From contig NIVC01001444.1 of assembly GCA_002269645.1 (NCBI GenBank), positions 62,001 to 126,000 on the forward strand: a stretch of 64,000 bases of DNA. The letters are read 5' to 3'. Under the pieces are notes generated by a model. It worked only from the letters and a program-made list of their open reading frames with translations, searched no databases and was not told where the DNA came from. A program made the position numbers and the translations under genes. This document shows positions 38,750 through 50,100 of this stretch, in pieces. This DNA is from Macrostomum lignano (taxonomy: Eukaryota). How positions within the stretch are numbered: the stretch's first letter is position 1; every line of letters starts with the position of its first letter.

Positions 38750-39339
38750 GCGAGAAGGTGGCCCTGGAAGGCGCCTTCGTCAAGACCGCCAGCTTCGTGA
38801 ACGAGACCTTCGCAAACTGCCTGTCGGAGCGCGGCCTGCTGCTGCCCGAGTTCACCCAGCGCCTGCTCTCGTCGCCGCAGTTTGCAGAGCGCCTGGCCTC
38901 CAGCATGCTGAGCATCCTGCTGGCCCTCGGCGGCCACAACTCCAGCTCGGTGTGCAACGTCACAGGGGTCGCCACGGCGGTGGCTTCGGCGGGCTCCGCG
39001 GCTGCGTCCTCCTCGCCGGCGGCGGCGGCAGCGGCTGCTCGTTCGTCAACAGCTGGACGACCGGCGTCGGCAACTGCCGCTGGACTCCGGTTGAGACGGG
39101 CGGCAAGCGGGGGCGGCAGCAGCGGAGGCGGCAGCGGCGGAGGCGGCAGCAGTGGAGGCGGCGGCGGCGGAGTTAGAATATTCAGCAGCTACCAGCAGGA
39201 TTACAGCCACGCGAAGCTGCTGCACGACGTGTCCTCGGTGCTGCACTACGTCAGCATCGGCATTCTGGGCCTGTTCGTGCTGGAAGTGGCGCTGAAAGTT
39301 GCCTGCTTGGGACGGAACTTCGTGAGGGAAAAATTTGAG
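38750..39339 (+). CDS. HVCN1: Hv-like channel exon 2: long S1-S2 loop, S2 and start of S3
   Basis: gacag acceptor (phase 1, A+GC=Ser); VLHYVSIGILGLFVLEVALKV matches Hv S2 (H140, F150, E153, K157 equivalents); KFE|gtaaag donor, phase 0. Confidence 0.9.
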
Positions 39340-39394
39340 GTAAAGTTTTACTTGTCTGTTAGAATTTTAGCTCACTAGAGAGGACTGGGGAATA

Positions 39395-39967
39395 GCAGGG
39401 GGAGCAGACAGGGAAACAGCGCGGAGACAGGGTGTGGGGAGAAGAACAGACAGGGAAACAGCACGGAGACAGGATGTGGGGAGGGGAACAGACAGGGAAA
39501 CAGCACAGAGACAGGGTGTGGGGAGAAGAACAGACAGAGAAACAGCACGGAGACAGGATGTGGGGAGGGGAACAGACAGGGAAACAGCGCGGAGACAGGA
39601 TGTGGGGAGAAGAACAGACAGGGAAACAGCACGGAGACAGGATGTGGGGAGGGGAACAGACAGGGAAACAGCACGGAGACAGGGTGTGGGGAGAAGAACA
39701 GACAGAGAAACAGCACGGAGACAGGATGTGGGGAGGGGAACAGACAAGGAAACAGCGCGGAGACAGGATGTGGGGAGAAGAACAGACAGGGAAACAGCAC
39801 GGAGACAGGATGTGGGGAGGGGAACAGACAGGGAAACAGCACGGAGACAGGATGTGGGGAGGGGAACAGACAGGGAAACAGCACGGAGACAGGATGTGGG
39901 AAGGGGAACAGACAAGGAAACAGCGCGGAGACAGGATGTGGGGAGGGGAACAGACAGGGAAACAGCA
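39395..39967. repeat. Intronic G-rich minisatellite, 42-bp unit (ggagacaggatgtggggaggggaacagacagggaaacagcac), about 13 copies
   Basis: 14-aa pseudo-ORF periodicity in several frames. Confidence 0.96.
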
Positions 39968-40469
39968 TTTAATTTGGCCAAATTAAGCTGCCCGATGAAA
40001 GGTATGCGGAAAATCAAAAAAACATTCAGTGAAAAAAGACTAGCTAGGACTAAAAGTCTTTTATGACTGACTGTATGGAAACAAGGTTCAAGGTGGCTAG
40101 GGGGGGGGAGTGTTTTGGCAGGAAGTGCGTGCAGGCGCAAACAGGGGGGCTGTCGGTCATGGAAGACGAGCAGGGAAATTCCATTCTGCCCAGTCTGGTC
40201 CGGGAAGGGGAGGGGTACAGAGGTAAGAATGCCGAAAGTAAAAGTAATGATAATAGGGCCTTGGACACGGACCTGTGCCGTGCGTGTGCCAAGAAGTGGC
40301 CTTGAGAGATAGAAAGCACTCGGAATTCTACAGGGGTGATGTGGACCCCGGGGCTAGTGAAACAGGATATTCATACTTGCGGAGCCAAGTTGGGGTGGCG
40401 GCATGTTCCAGCGAATATTTCTGCTGGGACCACCCACCCCGCGATGCTGAGGTACTAATTACTGACTGA

Positions 40470-41110
40470 TTGTGTGATTGTGGCTGCGGGACTCAGCACT
40501 AATTGTGTGTGATTGTGGCTGCGGGACTCAGCACTGAGTGTGTGATTGTGGCTGCGGGACTCAGCACTGAGTGTGTGATTGTGGCTGCGGGACTCAGCAC
40601 TGAGTGAGTGAGATTGTGGCTGCGGGACTCAGCACTGATTTTGTGTGATTGTGGCTGCGGGACTCAGCACTGAGTGTGTGATTGTGGCTGCGGGACTCAG
40701 CACTGAGTGAGTGAGATTGTGGCTGCGGGACTCAGCACTGATTGTGTGATTGTGGCTGCGGGACTTAGCACTGAGTGTGTGATTGTGGCTGCGGGACTCA
40801 GCACTGATTGTGTGTGATTGTGGCTGCGGGACTCAGCACTGAGTGTGTGATTGTGGCTGCGGGACTCAGCACTGAGTGAGTGAGATTGTGGCTGCGGGAC
40901 TCAGCACTGAGTGTGTGATTGTGGCTGCGGGACTCAGCACTGAGTGAGTGAGATTGTGGCTGCGGGACTCAGCACTGAGTGTGTGATTGTGGCTGCGGGA
41001 CTCAGCACTGATTGTGTGTGATTGTGGCTGCGGGACTCAGCACTGTGTGTTAGATTGTGGCTGCGGGACTCAGCACTGTGTGTTAGATTGTGGCTGCGGG
41101 ACTCAGCACT
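40470..41110. repeat. Intronic minisatellite, 31-36-bp unit (gtgtgattgtggctgcgggactcagcactga), about 19 copies
   Basis: Constant gattgtggctgcgggactcagcactg core. Confidence 0.95.
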
Positions 41111-41175
41111 GTGTGTGACTGAGAGACAGACTGCAAAAGAGATTTACGACCCAATGTGACTGTACACCCGCGCAG

Positions 41176-41299
41176 ATCGTGGACGCCACAGTGATCCTGA
41201 TCTCATTCGTGGCAGACATCGTGTTCGTGAAGCTGGAATCCACAGAGGTGTCTGTCATGGTTCTGTTCCTGCTGTGGCGCATTGTTCGCGTCATCAATG
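41176..41299 (+). CDS. HVCN1: Hv-like channel exon 3: S3 and S4 (IVDATVILISFVADIVFVKLESTEVSVMVLFLLWRIVRVING)
   Basis: cgcag acceptor, phase 0; D174 and D185 equivalents; WRxxRxxNG S4 motif; AAT G|gtgagt donor, phase 1. Confidence 0.92.
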
Positions 41300-41574
41300 G
41301 TGAGTTATAGCCAGTCTCCTAATTGAATTAATGGGCATCACTAGTTTGGGAAAGATATTGTCTTTTTGCCAATGAAATGGAAATTCAAACATAAAGACAT
41401 TTTTTCTAAAATTGAATTTTCAATATTGCTTTTGATTAATTAAAAATGGCTTTTTAACGACTGTTTGGTAGGGTTGTTCGCTAATTGCTTTCAGAAACTC
41501 AATGTGATTAATTTTATTGCTGCGGAACTTCGGGAGGTGGGGGGCAGAGGGTGACAGCTGATCCAGTGCAGGAG

Positions 41575-41640
41575 TCCAATGCTGTACGCAGGCACGGCCG
41601 CACTCATACACACGCTCACACAGGAGTGTACAACTGGAGG
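41575..41640 (-). mobile_element. Fragment sharing the SINE central motif
   Basis: ccaatgctgtacgcaggcacg...ctcacacaggagtgtaca matches 13715-13820 and the SINE body. Confidence 0.5.
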
Positions 41641-42119
41641 CAGAGGCCCGAACTTGCCAATGCATTTCACGAGTATTTGTTTGCCTTTTCCCGTGACTGA
41701 CTGGCACCTGCGCGCCAGGTGCGGCAGTGGCTGCAAGCCTCTCCGGCCCTCCTACTGTGGGATGCAATTTCAGCTGGAAACTGCGGGGGTTACAAGCGGG
41801 CTCAGGTGTTAATTTGTAATCGGCGAGGAGAAATAGCTGCATTCTACAAGCTATCACAGCTTATTAATGGCGTACACACTGTACTAGTGCATGCCAAGTT
41901 GTTCTCCCCTGGTTTTATACTGTTAATTACACGGTTCGCTTGTACCAAAGTGATTGGGTGCGAGGCTGCACTTTTCATTGATGCGGCAGTTTCCAGCTGG
42001 GCTTTCGCGAGTTTTAGGGCTTCCGTGTAAAGCCAAGTTTAATTTTGGGGCTTGTGCACGAAAATTGGCCGAAGGCTGTACATGCCGCACTATGGGAGGA
42101 GTCTGGGCTGTACACCCTG

Positions 42120-42829
42120 CAGGGGCGTCGCCACCGGGGGGACATTCCCCCCCCCCAGTAAAAGCTATGGGGGGGACATGCCAATGCTTTGTCCCCCCCC
42201 ACCCCACCTTGTTGACCCGTTATGGAAATCAATAATTTTGCTTCAGGGCGACAAAACATAGCGCCTGCGGCACCAAAATGAGTGCCTGTGGCACCAAAAT
42301 GAGTGCCTGTGGCACCAAAATGAGTGCCTGTGGCACCAAAATGAGCGCCTGCGGCACCAAAATGAGTGCCTGTGGCGCTTAAATGAGTCTCTGCGGTGTA
42401 AGCTAAGTGCCTGCGGCGCCAAAACGAGTACCTGCGGCGCTAAAATGAGTGCCTGCGGCGCTAAAATGAGTGCCTGCGGCGCCAAAACGAGTACCTGCGG
42501 CGCTAAAATGAGTGCCTGCGGCGCCAAAATGAGTACCTGCGGCGCTAAAATGAGTGCCAGCGACGCCAAAATGAGTGCCTGTGGCGCCAAAATGAGTACC
42601 TGGGGCGCCAAAACGAGTACCTGCGGCGCTAAAATGAGTGCCTGCGGCGCCAAAATGAGTACCTGCGGCGCTAAAATGAGTGCCAGCGACGCCAAAATGA
42701 GTGCCTGTGGCGCCAAAATGACCGATTCGGAAATAAGTACATGTACAATAGGAATTTTGTCATGTAAATGTACATGTAGAAGTCTGGGCTTTGTCCCCCC
42801 CCACCATAAAATCCATGGCGACGTCCCTG
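42120..42829. mobile_element. Putative non-autonomous TIR element enclosing a 21-bp minisatellite
   Basis: CAGGGGCGTCGCCA at 42120 and TGGCGACGTCCCTG ending 42829 (13/14 inverted match); gggggaca/tgtccccc subterminal motifs; no TSD seen. Confidence 0.55.
42258..42722. repeat. Intronic minisatellite, 21-bp unit (ggcgccaaaatgagtgcctgc), about 21 copies
   Basis: 7-aa pseudo-ORF periodicity. Confidence 0.95.
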
Positions 42830-42935
42830 ACTGTGTGAGCGCCTGCATACAGTATCAGGGTTCGCATGGATGTGGTATAGCAACATAATCGTGACAGTGG
42901 CGCTCACACAAAGCCGCTTTGGTCGCCCCTGACAG

Positions 42936-43051
42936 GCCTGATGATGCACGAGAAGCAGAGGGACGAATTTCGAATTCAACTGCAGAAGCGAGCCCGGCGA
43001 ATGTCCGAGATGAAGTGCGACACCCTGGAGACAGAGCGCGACCTTCAAGAG
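42936..43051 (+). CDS. HVCN1: Hv-like channel exon 4: C-terminal coiled coil (GLMMHEKQRDEFRIQLQKRARRMSEMKCDTLETERDLQE)
   Basis: cctgacag acceptor (phase 1, G+GC=Gly); continues the S4 helix into a charged heptad-like segment; GAG|gtttgt donor, phase 0. Confidence 0.85.
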
Positions 43052-43558
43052 GTTTGTTTGTTTGCTGCAAAACAATTTGTTTGTTTCTTTTAGCAATGAA
43101 TTGATAATATGTCACTTTTTAGACTACCGAATTGCGACTTCTACTGAAATAATTTTTAGAAGGGAGGTTTTACTGAAATAATACATTACGGAGCTTGGGA
43201 GTTTTCATTTTATCACCACAGAAGGCAGACCCAATGCTCAAAAGCAACTACAATTTTTGTGCTGAAAAAATGAAAACCTCCTATCTCCGTAATGTACTTT
43301 TTAGGTAAAAACTGCCTCCTAGAAATTTTCCAAGAAACGTATAGTTTCCGGTCGTTCTAGCTGAGTAGTTCTTGGTTTATATCATTAAAAAATTTCGATT
43401 AAAAGCACTAATTAGAGTTTTGCCCGAACTTTGCTTTCTCATCAAAAAATATGACTAGTCAAAAAAGTCAAAAAAGTTCTTGTTTAGTTCTCAAACTTGA
43501 GAGAGATAATTTGACAATAAGATTCACTTCAGCCTAACCCTACACCGGATTACCGCAG

Positions 43559-43637
43559 AAGCAGATCCTGTTCCTGGAGGAGCTCTGCCGCGAGCTCGGC
43601 GGAAGCGAAGATCAAATCGGCAACTGCAAGCCGCGGT
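43559..43637 (+). CDS. HVCN1: Hv-like channel exon 5 (KQILFLEELCRELGGSEDQIGNCKPR)
   Basis: cctaac branch-like motif and ccgcag acceptor, phase 0; resembles the Hv coiled-coil end (human EQEIERLNKLLRQHG); T|gtgagt donor; no stop reached. Confidence 0.8.
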
Positions 43638-44138
43638 GTGAGTTGCTCTGACTGCTAAATTGCTCCAATTAATCTCTTAGACAGTCGGCTCTCACCAATT
43701 GCTAAATTAACAAAAGCATTACGACCAACGCGTTGGTTAAAAGCTTGGAAGCAGACTTGTTGCCTACTAGATTTCTTGTGCTTTTTTGTGAGCAAGCAAT
43801 GCAGATGGAGCAGTTATAGAGGAAAAGAGATCGAAGCTGCTTATTAGCCAATTCCCAAATGAAAGCGTAGAGGCGGCTGGCTTTTTCATCATTGCCGAAA
43901 AAAGGGGCTAAAAACAGGTTCTTGATGCAACTGATGCAGCAGCCCACTCAGGGCTGGAAACTGCGCGGAGGAAGGCGCATTACTAGCAAATGCTGGCTGC
44001 ATCTTTTTGTCTAAGCACAGCTTTTTTATGCAGGTATTATTACCTGATATCAAATTTGTCGGAGTGAGAACGTAAGGGAACCAATCAGGGATGGGTTTAG
44101 AAATGAAATTGTTACAAGATTGCACTATTCCTTTGGCT

Positions 44139-47100
44139 CTCTGACACCCAACGATCACACACATCACTCAGCTGTCCATGCAGCTCCGATGCCTCTGACA
44201 CCCACCGATCACACACATCACTCAGCTGTCCATGCAACTCCGATGCCTCTGACACCCACCGATCACACACATCACTCAGCTGTGACCTGTCCATGCAACT
44301 CCGATGCCTCTGACACCCACCGATCACACACATCACTCAGCTGTCCATGCAGCTCCGATGCCTCTGACACCCACCGATCACACACATCACTCAGCTGTGA
44401 CCTGTCCATGCAACTCCGATGCCTCTGACACCCACCGATCACACACATCACTCAGCTGTGACCTGTCCATGCAACTCCGATGCCTCTGACACCCACCGAT
44501 CACACACATCACTCAGCTGTCCATGCAGCTCCGATGCCTCTGACACCCACCGATCACACACATCACTCAGCTGTGACCTGTCCATGCAACTCCGATGCCT
44601 CTGACACCCACCGATCACACACATCACTCAGCTGTCCATGCAGCTCCGATGCCTCTGACACCCACCGATCACACACATCACTCAGCTGTCCATGCAGCTC
44701 CGATGCCTCTGACACCCACCGATCACACACATCACTCAGCTGTGACCTGTCCATGCAACTCCGATGCCTCTGACACCCACCGATCACACACATCACTCAG
44801 CTGTCCATGCAGCTCCGATGCCTCTGACACCCACCGATCACACACATCACTCAGCTGTGACCTGTCCATGCAACTCCGATGCCTCTGACACCCACCGATC
44901 ACACACATCACTCAGCTGTCCATGCAGCTCCGATGCCTCTGACACCCACCGATCACACACATCACTCAGCTGTCCATGCAGCTCCGATGCCTCTGACACC
45001 CACCGATCACACACATCACTCAGCTGTGACCTGTCCATGCAACTCCGATGCCTCTGACACCCACCGATCACACACATCACTCAGCTGTCCATGCAGCTCC
45101 GATGCCTCTGACACCCACCGATCACACACATCACTCAGCTGTCCATGCAGCTCCGATGCCTCTGACACCCACCGATCACACACATCACTCAGCTGTGACC
45201 TGTCCATGCAACTCCGATGCCTCTGACACCCACCGATCACACACATCACTCAGCTGTCCATGCAGCTCCGATGCCTCTGACACCCACCGATCACACACAT
45301 CACTCAGCTGTGACCTGTCCATGCAACTCCGATGCCTCTGACACCCACCGATCACACACATCACTCAGCTGTCCATGCAGCTCCGATGCCTCTGACACCC
45401 ACCGATCACACACATCACTCAGCTGTCCATGCAGCTCCGATGCCTCTGACACCCACCGATCACACACATCACTCAGCTGTGACCTGTCCATGCAACTCCG
45501 ATGCCTCTGACACCCACCGATCACACACATCACTCAGCTGTGACCTGTCCATGCAACTCCGATGCCTCTGACACCCACCGATCACACACATCACTCAGCT
45601 GTGACCTGTCCATGCAACTCCGATGCCTCTGACACCCACCGATCACACACATCACTCAGCTGTGACCTGTCCATGCAACTCCGATGCCTCTGACACCCAC
45701 CGATCACACACATCACTCAGCTGTCCATGCATGCTCCGATGCCTCTGACACCCACCGATCACACACATCACTCAGCTGTCCATGCAGCTCCGATGCCTCT
45801 GACACCCACCGATCACACACATCACTCAGCTGTGACCTGTCCATGCAACTCCGATGCCTCTGACACCCACCGATCACACACATCACTCAGCTGTCCATGC
45901 AGCTCCGATGCCTCTGACACCCACCGATCACACACATCACTCAGCTGTGACCTGTCCATGCAACTCCGATGCCTCTGACACCCACCGATCACACACATCA
46001 CTCAGCTGTGACCTGTCCATGCAACTCCGATGCCTCTGACACCCACCGATCACACACATCACTCAGCTGTGACCTGTCCATGCAACTCCGATGCCTCTGA
46101 CACCCACCGATCACACACATCACTCAGCTGTCCATGCAGCTCCGATGCCTCTGACACCCACCGATCACACACATCACTCAGCTGTGACCTGTCCATGCAA
46201 CTCCGATGCCTCTGACACCCACCGATCACACACATCACTCAGCTGTCCATGCACTCCGATGCCTCTGACACCCACCGATCACACACATCACTCAGCTGTC
46301 CATGCAGCTCCGATGCCTCTGACACCCACCGATCACACACATCACTCAGCTGTCCATGCAGCTCCGATGCCTCTGACACCCACCGATCACACACATCACT
46401 CAGCTGTCCATGCAGCTCCGATGCCTCTGACACCCACCGATCACACACATCACTCAGCTGTGACCTGTCCATGCAACTCCGATGCCTCTGACACCCACCG
46501 ATCACACACATCACTCAGCTGTCCATGCAGCTCCGATGCCTCTGACACCCACCGATCACACACATCACTCAGCTGTCCATGCAGCTCCGATGCCTCTGAC
46601 ACCCACCGATCACACACATCACTCAGCTGTGACCTGTCCATGCAACTCCGATGCCTCTGACACCCACCGATCACACACATCACTCAGCTGTCCATGCAGC
46701 TCCGATGCCTCTGACACCCACCGATCACACACATCACTCAGCTGTGACCTGTCCATGCAACTCCGATGCCTCTGACACCCACCGATCACACACATCACTC
46801 AGCTGTGACCTGTCCATGCAACTCCGATGCCTCTGACACCCACCGATCACACACATCACTCAGCTGTCCATGCAGCTCCGATGCCTCTGACACCCACCGA
46901 TCACACACATCACTCAGCTGTGACCTGTCCATGCAACTCCGATGCCTCTGACACCCACCGATCACACACATCACTCAGCTGTCCATGCACTCCGATGCCT
47001 CTGACACCCACCGATCACACACATCACTCAGCTGTGACCTGTCCATGCAACTCCGATGCCTCTGACACCCACCGATCACACACATCAGCTGTGACCTGTC

Positions 47101-50100
47101 CATGCAACTCCGATGCCTCTGACACCCACCGATCACACACATCACTCAGCTGTGACCTGTCCATGCAACTCCGATGCCTCTGACACCCACCGATCACACA
47201 CATCACTCAGCTGTCCATGCAGCTCCGATGCCTCTGACACCCACCGATCACACACATCACTCAGCTGTGACCTGTCCATGCAACTCCGATGCCTCTGACA
47301 CCCACCGATCACACACATCACTCAGCTGTCCATGCAGCTCCGATGCCTCTGACACCCACCGATCACACACATCACTCAGCTGTCCATGCAGCTCCGATGC
47401 CTCTGACACCCACCGATCACACACATCACTCAGCTGTCCATGCAGCTCCGATGCCTCTGACACCCACCGATCACACACATCACTCAGCTGTCCATGCAGC
47501 TCCGATGCCTCTGACACCCACCGATCACACACATCACTCAGCTGTGACCTGTCCATGCAACTCCGATGCCTCTGACACCCACCGATCACACACATCACTC
47601 AGCTGTCCATGCAGCTCCGATGCCTCTGACACCCACCGATCACACACATCACTCAGCTGTCCATGCAGCTCCGATGCCTCTGACACCCACCGATCACACA
47701 CATCACTCAGCTGTGACCTGTCCATGCAACTCCGATGCCTCTGACACCCACCGATCACACACATCACTCAGCTGTCCATGCAGCTCCGATGCCTCTGACA
47801 CCCACCGATCACACACATCACTCAGCTGTGACCTGTCCATGCAACTCCGATGCCTCTGACACCCACCGATCACACACATCACTCAGCTGTCCATGCAGCT
47901 CCGATGCCTCTGACACCCACCGATCACACACATCACTCAGCTGTCCATGCAACTCCGATGCCTCTGACACCCACCGATCACACACATCACTCAGCTGTGA
48001 CCTGTCCATGCAACTCCGATGCCTCTGACACCCACCGATCACACACATCACTCAGCTGTGACCTGTCCATGCAACTCCGATGCCTCTGACACCCACCGAT
48101 CACACACATCACTCAGCTGTGACCTGTCCATGCAACTCCGATGCCTCTGACACCCACCGATCACACACATCACTCAGCTGTGACCTGTCCATGCAACTCC
48201 GATGCCTCTGACACCCACCGATCACACACATCACTCAGCTGTCCATGCAACTCCGATGCCTCTGACACCCACCGATCACACACATCACTCAGCTGTGACC
48301 TGTCCATGCAACTCCGATGCCTCTGACACCCACCGATCACACACATCACTCAGCTGTCCATGCAACTCCGATGCCTCTGACACCCACCGATCACACACAT
48401 CACTCAGCTGTGACCTGTCCATGCAACTCCGATGCCTCTGACACCCACCGATCACACACATCACTCAGCTGTGACCTGTCCATGCAACTCCGATGCCTCT
48501 GACACCCACCGATCACACACATCACTCAGCTGTGACCTGTCCATGCAACTCCGATGCCTCTGACACCCACCGATCACACACATCACTCAGCTGTGACCTG
48601 TCCATGCAACTCCGATGCCTCTGACACCCACCGATCACACACATCACTCAGCTGTCCATGCATGCAACTCCGATGCCTCTGACACCCACCGATCACACAC
48701 ATCACTCAGCTGTGACCTGTCCATGCAACTCCGATGCCTCTGACACCCACCGATCACACACATCACTCAGCTGTGACCTGTCCATGCAACTCCGATGCCT
48801 CTGACACCCACCGATCACACACATCACTCAGCTGTCCATGCAACTCCGATGCCTCTGACACCCACCGATCACACACATCACTCAGCTGTGACCTGTCCAT
48901 GCAACTCCGATGCCTCTGACACCCACCGATCACACACATCACTCAGCTGTCCATGCAGCTCCGATGCCTCTGACACCCACCGATCACACACATCACTCAG
49001 CTGTGACCTGTCCATGCAACTCCGATGCCTCTGACACCCACCGATCACACACATCACTCAGCTGTGACCTGTCCATGCAACTCCGATGCCTCTGACACCC
49101 ACCGATCACACACATCACTCAGCTGTCCATGCAGCTCCGATGCCTCTGACACCCACCGATCACACACATCACTCAGCTGTGACCTGTCCATGCAACTCCG
49201 ATGCCTCTGACACCCACCGATCACACACATCACTCAGCTGTCCATGCAACTCCGATGCCTCTGACACCCACCGATCACACACATCACTCAGCTGTCCATG
49301 CAGCTCCGATGCCTCTGACACCCACCGATCACACACATCACTCAGCTGTGACCTGTCCATGCAACTCCGATGCCTCTGACACCCACCGATCACACACATC
49401 ACTCAGCTGTCCATGCAGCTCCGATGCCTCTGACACCCACCGATCACACACATCACTCAGCTGTCCATGCAACTCCGATGCCTCTGACACCCACCGATCA
49501 CACACATCACTCAGCTGTCCATGCAGCTCCGATGCCTCTGACACCCACCGATCACACACATCACTCAGCTGTGACCTGTCCATGCAACTCCGATGCCTCT
49601 GACACCCACCGATCACACACATCACTCAGCTGTCCATGCAACTCCGATGCCTCTGACACCCACCGATCACACACATCACTCAGCTGTGACCTGTCCATGC
49701 AACTCCGATGCCTCTGACACCCACCGATCACACACATCACTCAGCTGTGACCTGTCCATGCAACTCCGATGCCTCTGACACCCACCGATCACACACATCA
49801 CTCAGCTGTCCATGCAGCTCCGATGCCTCTGACACCCACCGATCACACACATCACTCAGCTGTGACCTGTCCATGCAACTCCGATGCCTCTGACACCCAC
49901 CGATCACACACATCACTCAGCTGTCCATGCAGCTCCGATGCCTCTGACACCCACCGATCACACACATCACTCAGCTGTCCATGCAACTCCGATGCCTCTG
50001 ACACCCACCGATCACACACATCACTCAGCTGTGACCTGTCCATGCAACTCCGATGCCTCTGACACCCACCGATCACACACATCACTCAGCTGTCCTGTCC

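Noticed and set aside
36028-43637. Identity as TMEM266, a voltage-sensing phosphatase or a pore-containing channel
   Set aside because: S1 Asp, the ING motif after S4 and an immediate coiled coil fit Hv; no pore or phosphatase domain is present in the exons found.
43702-43947. Minus ORF beginning MGCC, suggesting a lipidation motif
   Set aside because: The start codon is GTG, not ATG; AT-rich with no coding bias.
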